From a virus (Duplodnaviria; Caudoviricetes), in the IMG/VR virus record IMGVR_UViG_3300031867_000018, positions 1-64,000 of that record: a stretch of DNA of 64,000 nt, one strand, 5' to 3'. This document shows positions 30,838 to 41,600 of this stretch, piece after piece (position 1 is the first letter of the stretch; each line of letters starts with the position of its first letter). The position numbers and the translations under genes were made by a program. The notes below the pieces were generated by a model, which had not been told where the DNA came from, ran no database searches, and saw nothing but the letters and a program-made list of their open reading frames with translations.

Positions 30838-31236
30838 ATGGAAGAAATCTTGAAAAATATAGATTGGGTTACAGTCATCGAAGTAATATGGAGAGTAGTA
30901 TTACTCCCAATTGTGATATATTTATTAACTGAAATAAACAACTATGCCAAGGAAAAGAAAATCAATCATTACACGGATATAGTGCTTAAATTGGCTAAAA
31001 TTGCGGCAAAAACTACATATGAGACATTTGTTAAAGACATAAAAGGAACGGATGTATGGACAGAAACTACTCAGCAGGAGGCATTAGATTTAGCAAAAGA
31101 CGAAATTCTTAATGCTTTATCTGATTCCGCTATTGAAATGCTCGAAACTGCAAATAAAGATTTTGAGTTATGGGTTGAAAACGCAATAGAATCGGCAATA
31201 TATGACTTGAAACGTGAGGGCAAAGCAAATGAATAA
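30838..31236 (+). CDS. Holin-like membrane protein
   Basis: Single N-terminal TM helix and C-terminal IESAIYDLK, like LL-H-type holins. Confidence 0.6.
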   Translation: MEEILKNIDWVTVIEVIWRVVLLPIVIYLLTEINNYAKEKKINHYTDIVLKLAKIAAKTTYETFVKDIKGTDVWTETTQQEALDLAKDEILNALSDSAIEMLETANKDFELWVENAIESAIYDLKREGKANE

Positions 31237-31756
31237 TATAGAAGCGATTTTTCAAGTAGATTTTAAAACGCTTATACTGTACATATTTGCCATAGTTTTT
31301 TTTGTTGTTACTGTTGCCGAGGTCATAGGTAAATTTTCTGTAGTAATAGGTAAACCTGTAGTTTGGATGAGAAAAAGAAAAGAAGACCACGAATTGATAA
31401 TCTCTATCGCTAATGAGGTTAAAGCGTTAAAAAAGCGTTTTGAGGAAACAGAAGAACAATCTATGAAACGTGACCAAAAACTCGAAAACAATTTTAATAA
31501 TTTGGAATTAAAGTTTGGGACTATTTCAAGTAAACTTGACGAAATGCAGCGTAAGAGTGACGAAGCGGAAGTTTCAAAGTTGCGGGATATGCTTATGAAG
31601 TACTACAACAAATACAAAAGTGCAGATGAATGGTCGTTGCTTGACAAAGAAGCGTTTAATAGTTTGCTTAAACAGTATGAGAGCCGTGGCGGTGACGGAT
31701 ATATACATAGCGTTGTTGTACCTGTAATGGAAGAATTAAAAGTTGTTGATAAATAA
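31229..31756 (+). CDS. Membrane-anchored coiled-coil protein (possible lysis accessory)
   Basis: N-terminal TM helix, coiled coil, YESRGGDG. Confidence 0.55.
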   Translation: MNNIEAIFQVDFKTLILYIFAIVFFVVTVAEVIGKFSVVIGKPVVWMRKRKEDHELIISIANEVKALKKRFEETEEQSMKRDQKLENNFNNLELKFGTISSKLDEMQRKSDEAEVSKLRDMLMKYYNKYKSADEWSLLDKEAFNSLLKQYESRGGDGYIHSVVVPVMEELKVVDK

Positions 31757-31807
31757 TTGATATGGGTAGTCTCAATACGACTACCCTATTCTTATTGAGG
31801 TGGTAAT

Positions 31808-32338
31808 ATTAAAAATTCCGGAAAAATATTTGAAGATTGTTTTAGGAAATCTATACCCGATTATTGTTTAGCAATTCGACTTCCCGACCCTGCTGCATCG
31901 TTTTCAGGTGGAGATATTACAAGATTTGCAGTTAAAAATCCTTGTGACTTTATTGTGTTTGATACTTCCACAAGAGTATTATATTGCTTGGAATTAAAAT
32001 CAACTAAACAGAAATCTATTTCATTTGAAGTTACTTCTCTTAAATCACAGCCTAAAAAAATGATTCATAAGCATCAAATTGAGGGGTTAATGAAATTTAG
32101 AGAATATGATTATGTGGTTTCAGGGTTTGTTTTTAATTTTCGAGATGAAAAAAACAAGATAGAACATACTTATTTTCAAAATATAGATGATTTTAATATT
32201 ATGGTAAAATCATTAGATAAAAAATCGTTTAATGAAAATGATTTAAAGAAAAATAAATCTTTAGAAATTGAAGGCACTTTGAAACGGGTTAATTATATTT
32301 GGGATTTAGGTAGTTTCTTTGAAATAGAGAATAAATAG
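31808..32338 (+). CDS. recU: RecU-like Holliday junction resolvase
   Basis: Frame open upstream of the called ORF: NSGKIFE...NPCDF...LELKST...HQIEGL; probable ATT start after gaggtggt. Confidence 0.75.
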   Translation: MKNSGKIFEDCFRKSIPDYCLAIRLPDPAASFSGGDITRFAVKNPCDFIVFDTSTRVLYCLELKSTKQKSISFEVTSLKSQPKKMIHKHQIEGLMKFREYDYVVSGFVFNFRDEKNKIEHTYFQNIDDFNIMVKSLDKKSFNENDLKKNKSLEIEGTLKRVNYIWDLGSFFEIENK

Positions 32339-32351
32339 TTGAGGTGATTAT

Positions 32352-32561
32352 ATGAGAGTAAAAAGAAATGATTGTGTCGGTTGTAGCAGTCAATTTGGGT
32401 ATTGTATCGGTGAAGCCTGTCGATATTATGGGGAATATGAAGTTTTAGAATGCGATGACTGTGGAGTTCAATCAGAATATTTATATAAGTACGAAAATAA
32501 AGAAGTTTGTGAAAATTGTTTACTTGAATATTTCGAGAAAGTAGAATTGGAGGAAAATTAA
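32352..32561 (+). CDS. Small Cys-rich Zn-binding protein
   Basis: Several CxxC motifs. Confidence 0.55.
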   Translation: MRVKRNDCVGCSSQFGYCIGEACRYYGEYEVLECDDCGVQSEYLYKYENKEVCENCLLEYFEKVELEEN

Positions 32562-32563
32562 TT

Positions 32564-32920
32564 ATGGCAAGAACAAAAAAAGAAGTAGTGGAAACCAAAT
32601 CAATAGAAGAAATGACAATCGAAGAACAGAGAGAATACGCAAAAGAAAACAATCCTCTGCTTGTGTATAATGCTTTATTCAGATTAAACAAATTTTTAGA
32701 TGTTATTGAAGCACTGATTCCTAATCAGGAAAATATTCCTGAACTGATAGAAATAGGTAAAAGTTTAGCAGATGAAAATACGAGAAAAGAAACAATTGAA
32801 ACAATATTAGATATACGTCAAAGAGAAGTGCAGAGAGAAGAGGAATTTAAAGATATAGTCGATCGTCTGGTGGCTAAAATTCGTGAATATGAGCCAAATT
32901 ATGGGGTTAAAAACTCATAA
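32564..32920 (+). CDS. Hypothetical protein
   Basis: 118-aa ORF, RBS ggagg. Confidence 0.65.
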   Translation: MARTKKEVVETKSIEEMTIEEQREYAKENNPLLVYNALFRLNKFLDVIEALIPNQENIPELIEIGKSLADENTRKETIETILDIRQREVQREEEFKDIVDRLVAKIREYEPNYGVKNS

Positions 32921-32943
32921 AATGGCAGTTTTATAGAATTAAT

Positions 32944-34221
32944 AGCAAGAATACTCCCGCTTCTGAAGCGGAGAGATGAATTGCGAAAGAGAGGTGATAC
33001 CGTGGAAAAAGCGTACAAATACAGAATATATCCAAACAAACAACAGAAAGAGTTAATCGCTAAAACTTTTGGTTGCGTTAGGTTTGTTTATAACTACTAT
33101 CTCGCACAACGTATCGAGAAGTATAAAGAAAATAAAGAAACAATATCATACAATGAATGTTCTGCTGACTTAACTCAATTAAAGAAAACGGAAGAATACC
33201 AATGGTTGAAAGAAGTAGACGCGACAGCATTACAATCGTCTTTGAAAAATCTTGATGTGGCTTACCAAAAGTTCTTTAAAGAGCATAGTGGCTTTCCTAA
33301 GTTTAAGTCAAAGAAAACGCATAGACATTCTTATAAAGCCAAATGTATAAATGGCAATATTCAGTATTTAGGTAAATGTATTAAACTACCTAAACTCGGA
33401 ATGGTAAAAACGAAAACTAAGTTAGTACCACAAGGCAGAATATTAAATGCTACGGTATCGCAAACACCAAGCGGTAAATATTACGTTTCGATCTGCTGCA
33501 CAGGTGTTGATATTAAACCTTTACCTAAAACAAACAACACGATAGGTATTGACTTAGGCATTAAAGAATTTGCTATTACAAGTGATGGGAAAATGATAAG
33601 TAACCCTAAATTCTTAAAGAAGTCTTTAGATAAACTCGCTAAATTACAAAGACAATTATCTCGAAAACAAGAGGTAGTTCAAACTGGAATAAAGCAAGGA
33701 TAAAGGTAGCAAGGCAGCACGAAAAGATTACTAACCAACGTCAAGACTTTTTACAGAAATTATCAACGGAAATTATTCGCAATAATGATGTTATCTGTGT
33801 TGAAGATTTGAGTATATCGGGAATGCTACAAAATCACAAGCTTGCAAGGTCTATATCCGATGTATCGTGGAATGAGTTCATAAGACAATTAGGTTATAAA
33901 GCTGATTGGTACGGCAGAAAACTTGTTAAGGTAGGAAAATTCTATGCAAGCAGCCAAACTTGTAATCATTGCGGATATATCAATAAGGGAACAAAAGACT
34001 TATCCGTAAGAGAATGGACTTGTCCTGAATGTGGAGAATATCACGACCGAGATGTGAATGCCGCAAAGAATATACTTGATGAAGGATTAAGGCTTTTAGC
34101 CTAAATTATACAACATAGGGTAGGAAATACCCGAATATACGCCTGTGGAGTTAGTAGGTTACGAGGACGATGAAGCAGGAATCTCCCACTTCTTAACAGA
34201 GTGAAAGTGGGAGAGGTTCAA
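32944..34221 (+). mobile_element. Non-autonomous IS200/IS605-family (IS1341-like) element
   Basis: Follows TTAAT; left hairpin ctcccgcttctgaagcggagag; right hairpin tctcccactt...aagtgggaga ending TTCAA; no tnpA. Confidence 0.85.
33002..34104 (+). pseudogene. tnpB: TnpB RNA-guided nuclease, frameshifted at 33664-33667
   Basis: KAYKYRIYP, FGCVRFVYN, GIDLG, VEDL, Zn ribbon, [10 protein letters not shown]; one extra A in the A4 run would join the two ORFs. Confidence 0.9.
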
Positions 34222-34240
34222 TTTAGTGTTAATCGGAACA
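34085..34240 (+). ncRNA. TnpB omega/reRNA scaffold plus guide (boundaries approximate)
   Basis: Right-end region gggtaggaaatacccg...gcctgtggag...gaagcaggaatctccc...TTCAA; guide would start at 34222. Confidence 0.6.
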
Positions 34241-34334
34241 AATATGTATAAAAAAATAAAAATCCATAACAATATTTATTAGTTTATTTAATTTTATAAC
34301 GGATTAAAAAAATATCATCAAAAGGAGAATCTAT

Positions 34335-34649
34335 ATGAATAATTTTTACAAATTAGAACCGGTATTTAAAGCTGTATCGGAGAAAGAATATAAAAAGTTT
34401 ATTGATGAATACCCTCGGAGATTGGAACGTGGTTGGTCAGGAATATCATCTCCACCTTTAATTTCTTGGAATGATTGGGAATTAGCAAACAGATTTCCTT
34501 TTAGTGTAGTCGCTGAAACTTACCAATATACCGATAAAAAAGGAGATATGTGGTATAAAGCACCTGAAGATAGAGAGTTTCTCATTATGGAAAACTACAA
34601 AGAAGTGTTTAATAGCAAAACAGGATATGTAGCAAAAAATAATGAATAA
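34335..34649 (+). CDS. Hypothetical protein
   Basis: 104-aa ORF, RBS aaggag. Confidence 0.65.
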   Translation: MNNFYKLEPVFKAVSEKEYKKFIDEYPRRLERGWSGISSPPLISWNDWELANRFPFSVVAETYQYTDKKGDMWYKAPEDREFLIMENYKEVFNSKTGYVAKNNE

Positions 34650-35073
34650 TTCTTAGTTCAAAAGAATAAAAGAAGAATAATAATGTCTGATTATAAAATT
34701 GAATGTAATTGTGTGAATATATGGGTGTTGATATTGTAGCAGCTACAACGACTTTGCCAATAGAAAAATAGAAAAAATAAAACAACATTCCGATCGTCTT
34801 GAATCTATACAATTACGTTTTAAGGCTGGCAATTTTATTGAACTTTCGACAGTCCAGATTTACTTATTGATTCTATTGTTCTTATAGGAATAGATACAAA
34901 CGGTGAATATATTGATGATATAGATTTTATGATATATAAAAAGCAGAAAAGCTTGTTTTTGCTTCTATATCAACCTGTTCCTGCTATGTTATGAATGCTC
35001 TTGTATATAACAGTAAAGTACAGTAAAACATCTTACCCCGTTTTTTTGCGGGGTTATTTTGTGAGGTGATATA

Positions 35074-35574
35074 ATGGCAGCGAAAAATATGGCAGACCTT
35101 ATCAAAAACATACGAAAACAACTTGATGCTACAATACTATTGGTGGCACAAGATGTTCAAGAATATATACAAAAAGAATTAGATAAATATTACAGTGAAT
35201 ATGATCCGGCAAAATACATACCCCGTACTCATCAACTCCAAAATTGCTGTGTTGTATCACAGCCACAAATTATCAACAATAGTATCAAGGTAGATGTCTA
35301 TTTAGATATTGAGTCACTTCATTATATCACTAAAGGGGCAGACCCATTTAAAACGGTGGTGTCTGCCGATTATGGTTTACACGGTGGTTGGGATATTGAA
35401 GACAAACATATTGTACCTTGGGAGCAAATAAGTCCTCAAAACACTGGAGATGTTGATACAGGAGGCAATGGAACATCTATATGGACGGTGCCAATTACTG
35501 AAATTTTAACGACTAAAAAAATACGACAATGGTTTATGGAAGCTGCGAAAAAGTACGGCTTGCCACTTAGATAA
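35074..35574 (+). CDS. Hypothetical tail-associated protein
   Basis: YYSEYDPAKYIPRT; directly upstream of the tape measure gene. Confidence 0.6.
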   Translation: MAAKNMADLIKNIRKQLDATILLVAQDVQEYIQKELDKYYSEYDPAKYIPRTHQLQNCCVVSQPQIINNSIKVDVYLDIESLHYITKGADPFKTVVSADYGLHGGWDIEDKHIVPWEQISPQNTGDVDTGGNGTSIWTVPITEILTTKKIRQWFMEAAKKYGLPLR

Positions 35575-35637
35575 TATTACTTTAACTCTCTCCTTTCGAG
35601 AGAGTTTTTTATTTACAGAAAGGAGAGATAAGTAAAA

Positions 35638-38600
35638 ATGAATGACGATTTTAAAATTTCGTTAGTCGGGGTGTTAGATGCTGAAACAACAGCTAATAAT
35701 ATAAAGGGTAAATATGGCGAAGTAAAAGGAAAACTTCCAAATATCGAATTAATAGGACAACTTGATATCACTAATACAATAAACACAATAAATGGTCAAT
35801 TATCAGGAATAACACAACATTTACACTCGTTAAATATAAACGCTAATATCGCAGGTATAAATTTCAACTCGAGTCAGGTTCAGCAACAAGCAAGCGTTAT
35901 AGGTAATCAAATCAACAACGGTATATCACAAGGGGTAAACAGTGCCAATAATATACTTAACCAATTTGTAAATACTCTGCATAGTTACCGATGGAATGAT
36001 AACGAAATTCAAAATGCTGTTTCAGAAATAAACAGGCTTGCACAACAAACAGGGATAACAATAGCATCTTTGAGTCAATCAATATCGGAAGTTACGGGTA
36101 AAAAAGGAACAAAAAGAGTATTAGATGTTAGTGTTGAAGGTATAAATCAGCTCGGACAAGCAACTAAACTTGTAAGACAATGGGATTTGGATTCAGGAAA
36201 TTTAGTAAAAACAACCGACAATTTAAAATCGGGAGTTGTAGCAACTGCATCGGAAATGCAAAAATTAAGCGATCAAATTACAAAAGTCGCAAGTTCTTAC
36301 GAAAATAAAGTGGCAAAAATTAGAGCGAATGTTCAAATTGGGCAAAAACCTATTACACCTGCAATGTCAGCCGATTGGAGTCAAATTGAAAGTCAGATAA
36401 GTGCAATCAATAATGCAATTGGACAATTCCGAAACTCGACATCAGCTACTTTTGCGCAAAATGAAGCAGGTATAAAATCTTCGATAACTAACTTAGAGAT
36501 ATTAATAAAGGATTTGCAAAATGCAAGATATCAGGCAAGTGTACTCCGTGCCAATCCTGTTGAGGTATTAAGACAAGAAGCTATAGAAAAAGTTACGCAA
36601 TTCCGCAACGAATTGGAAAGAGCAAAAGGTGATGTAAGTCAGGTTAATAATGATTCTATACGATGGCTTGCTACCCTTAATAATGTTGGAGGGTTTAGAG
36701 TTACTGGAGCAGAAATCGTTGATATTCTCGACAATATCAAAGTCGCAAGAGAACGCTTGAATACATCGAATAAAAAAGAAGGTATAGATAATAGTCTCGA
36801 AAAAGTAAAGATTCAAGCACAAAGCCTATTGTCCGAAATAGAGAAATTAGAAAAGTCAAAAATAATACCTAACGGCTTTAAGATAGATGTTAATGGTGTA
36901 GAAAAAGGTTTAGAAAATATAAAAAATGAGATATCATTAATATCAAAAACTGGAAAAGGAGATTTATCTGTTTTATCTGCACAGTTTAGTCTTTTCAAGA
37001 AAGAGTTGTCTAAGATGGGTGGAAGTACAACAGCTAACACTAATTTTACAAATTCTATTAATCAATGGGTAACCGAAGCAAAAGGATCGATCAAGAATTT
37101 CGATGCTGTTTTCACTCAAACGATAGAACATATAAAAACTGAAGCGGCAAGTGCTGATAAGATCGCTTTAAGCAATCTTAAATCACAGTTTTCTGATTTG
37201 AAAAATGTATATTCATTTTTACAGAAAATGGAAAACAATACAATTGGTGCGACATTTACGCAAAAATCAGAACAACTCAAAAAATTCGGTAGCGATGGAG
37301 CTACTTCGCTTAACACATTAACGAAAGCCTATAATAGCTTGCAAACGGCAATACAGACAAATGACTTTGCAAAAATACAGGCAGCAATCAAAAATTATGA
37401 TACTGAATTGAAGAAAGCCACAAGTACGGTTAAGACTTTTACGGCACAGGGCAAGCAAATAAATAATATAGCCAATCAACGATTCTCCAATCAGATGGAA
37501 GAATGGCAAATAAAGAATACAAGAGCAGCAAAAGTTTTTGGAAACGAAATAAATCGTATACGGGGAGAGTTAAAAAATGCTGATAAAACCAAGCTGACAC
37601 AGTTAAGATTGCAATTTGATGCCGTACAGAAGTCGGCGAGAGAGATGGGTCTGTTGGGTAAGACATTTACGCAATCTTTTGTAGAAATGAGCAGTAAATT
37701 TGCCACTTGGTTCGGCGTTACATCTCTTATGGCACGAACTGTTATGTTGTTACGGTCAGCAGTAGAAGAGGTAAAGAATGTTGATAAGGCGATGACAGAA
37801 CTCTACCGAGTAACCGACTTAACAGCAAATGGTTATGAGAAATTATACACCAAGATAACTAAGTCGGCACAAGATTATGGTATAAAACTGGACAATCTTA
37901 TATCATCGACTGCAAGTTGGGTCAGGTTTGGTTTTGATACTGATACTGCGGAACAATTAGCTGAAATATCAGCAATGTATCAGCACGTTACAGATCTTGA
38001 CGAAAGTACAGCTGTTAAAAATCTGTTGACGGCATACAAAGGTTATCAAACACAATTGCTTGAGTTAACTGGCGGTGACGAAACGGCTGCGGTCGAACGG
38101 ATTGCAGACATATATGATAAGCTCGGTAACGAATTGCCGGTATCCGCTGCCCAAGTCGCAGAAGGTATGAACGAATGGGCAGCTATTGCTGCAGCTTCCA
38201 AAACAACATTTGAAGAAGCCACAGGTTTAATTGTTGGTGGTGGTTCAGTAACGCAAGATTTTACATCAATGGGTACTGCTTTAAAAATTGTAACCATGCG
38301 TTTGCAGGGGATGAAAGGAAAACTTCAAGAGTTGGGTGAAGAGGTCGATGAAAACATTGTCAGCACTTCCAAGATGCAAACCCAAATACTCAACTTAACA
38401 CATGGTAAAGTCAATATTTTCGAGACGGACGGTCAAACTTTCAGAAGCACATATGAAATCCTGAAGGATATATCCGCCATTCAAGAGGAATTGACAGACC
38501 CCGAAAGAGCAGAATTGCTCGAATTGATTGCTGGAAAAAATCGTGGTAATGCAATACAAAGTTTACTTGGCAATTGGCAGGAAGTCGAAAAGACTGTAAT

Positions 38601-41600
38601 AGCCGCATCTAATGCGGAAGGAACAGCGGCAGCCGAAAACGAAAAATATCTTGCAAGTTTAGAGGGTAAATTGACCTCTTTGAAAGCAGCATGGTCTGTG
38701 TTGGCAAATGATTTCTTTTCTTCTGATTCGTTTAAGGGCATGGTAGATGGTGTTACCGTACTTGTTAATGGAATAAACACATTGATTCAAACACTTGGCA
38801 GCGTACCTACAGTTATGACAGGGTTGGTTGCTGCATTTTCGTTTAAAGGTCATAACTTCTTTGAATACATTAATACAACAGCTACAGGTGCAGCAAACAA
38901 AATAGGCTTTTTAGGTCGGTCATTTAGTGATTGGAAGAACCATAATTACATTAGCCATTCAGATATGGCTGCGTTAAGAGAGTATAATGCTTTGATAGAC
39001 AGTGGTGTTTCTGCTAATGCGGCATGGGATAGAAGTATGTTGAATGCGGGTGCTATGGCTCGCAATTTAGCTAAAGATGCAAGTTTAGTTGCAGATGGTG
39101 TCAATAAAGGCAAAGTCGAAATGGCTGGCTTAGAACAAGCAAGCAGAGCAACGGCTGTTGGTGTTAAATTATTAAATGTTGCATTGAATACTCTTGCTAC
39201 TGTAGTGGTTTCCTTAATAATAAATTCTGTGATGGAACTTATTCAGGAACAACATAACCTACGACAATCGTTAATTGACACAGGCAAAGAAACAGCGAAT
39301 GAAATAAAAAATATCAAAGATTTGAAAAAGGCTTATGAAGACAGCGTAATAGCTTATAATGATGGTATAGGTTCAAAAGAAAATATGATTTCTGCCGCTC
39401 AAACTTTAGCGCAAGAATTAGGTATGGAGAGCGATGTTGTTCAAAATCTCACTAATGATTATAAAGGTTTAAGCGCAGCGATAGATGAAGCCTATATTGA
39501 AAAACTTAAAGAAAAAAGACCTGAATTGCTTGCTGCCGTGCAAGCTACAGAAGAAGAAACAGATTCGTTTTGGAAAAATCCAAGCCAAAATTTTGTAGTT
39601 CCAACCTCACCTTCAGAGGAAAAAATGAGCGATGTTGATAAAGCTATATGGGGAGATTTGCAAAATGAAGGTTTGGCTGTAGCAGGTAAAATCCCCGACA
39701 CTCGAAAAAAAAATAGTCAGTTAATCTTTAGCGACACTACAGAAACAGTTGATGGAAGAGTTGAAGCTTATAATAATTTAATTAAAGCAAGGCAACGAAT
39801 GACTGAAGTTTTCACACCTGATCAATTAGATGAATCGGAATATTGGGACTTAATTAACGAAAAAATTAATAACCAAAAAGACGAAATGGAAGCGTTGATT
39901 TCAGCCCGAAAAGAATACAATGCAAATGTTGTTGAAGAACAGTATTATAATTTAACAAAAGATGATATCCCAAAAACAATAGAAGACTTCAATCACCTTG
40001 AAGAACAAATGAAATCAGGTGTAGAAACAAACGGGAATTATCGTGGAAGTCAGGAGCTTATTAATCAAGCAATCGAAGATTATATACATAATCAGCCTGC
40101 ATATATTAAGGCTTTAGAAGAAGAACAAGCAACCAAAGAAAATAATAATACAAACATCGGAGTTTCAGAGGATCCGTTTTTACAGTTTAAAAATATGGTT
40201 GGCGAAACCGTATCATACACCCAAGAAGAATTTGAGAAACTATTTTCTTTGGGAGATAAAGACAATCCTTTTGACGGCTTAATCAATAGCTCAAACGAAT
40301 ATGTTGCTGCATTAAAGGCTGTTGATACGGAAATGTCAACCGTTGAATCCGCATTAAAGGAATACAACGAAAAAGGTAGTATATCGGTAGAAACAGCGGA
40401 TAAACTTCTTAAAGCAAATGGGAAGTATGGAGATTCTCTTGTTTATACCCAGAATGGTATCGAATTAAATGTTGATGCTTTAAAAAAGGAAAACATTGAA
40501 TATATTGAAATATTAAAGCAAAAATATCAAGCTCAGATAGAAGCTGCAAAATTAGCAGAAGCAGAAGCAAAAGAGGCGTTAAGCCATCAAAAAAATGCTT
40601 TAGCTGTCCAGTTGGAAGAAGCTGCTTTAAGAAAAAAGGAGCTAAATGGCGCAGAAGGGCCATTACAAGGTAATAAATTCAAATATAATGTAGCAAGTCT
40701 TCAAACATCAGGAAATAGAGAAGCTATAAGAGAAGCGGAAATTACAAGAGAGCAAGCAGAACAAGAGTATCAAAAACAAATAGATTTATTAAACAGCTTA
40801 ATTGATAAAATTAACAATCCTGATTTTGGAGCTTATGTTCCACCCGAAGAAAAAAATAATGCTTCATCATCAACACCGAAAACTAAATCCTATGAAAAGA
40901 ATACAAACGCTTACAATTGGGCTGATGCTTGGTTACAAGATCAACAAAATAATGCAGATAAACTCAAAACTGAATACGACAAAATAAACAAGCAGTTGGA
41001 TAAAGCTATTGAGTTAGGTGACGAAAAACTTATCAGAAGTCTTTCTGAGAACGCAGTCGAAAAATCAAAGCAAATACAAGAAGTTCAGGCAAGTGCGGCA
41101 TCGGAAGGTAGAACTCGTTATGCAGACATAATGAAAGAAATTTGGAGTATGGCTCCTGAATTACAAGATAAGAGTATAGACGATATTACCGAAGACGACT
41201 TGCTAAAGGTTGAGAAAAGGCTTGACGACATAATCACCAAGGAGAAAAATATCGCTGTTGATATGTATAATGCAAACAACGATGTTGTTGACCCTAATCA
41301 AACAGCCATTGAAACAGCCGAAAATAATGCAAAGCGTTGGGATGAACTTATTAAAAATGCTCAAGAGTATTATAAAGCATTTGGCGAAGTATCGGGGGAA
41401 GGTTCTTTCGCAGAAGACTGGGCAGAACAAGGCGACAATATAGTTGAAACTGTAAAAACAACTTTCGATGCGGTAAATGACATTTTTGACAAGAGTGTTG
41501 AAAATCAACAGAAAGAACTCGATAAGCTTGATTTGCGTATAGACTTACTTGATGATGACGATTTTTCGGGTCAAATGGATTTAATTGCTCAAAAGTCACA

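Noticed and set aside
32944-34240. Cas12 or a domesticated TnpB regulator
   Set aside because: IS ends are present, catalytic residues are intact, there is no array, and the guide is simply flanking DNA.
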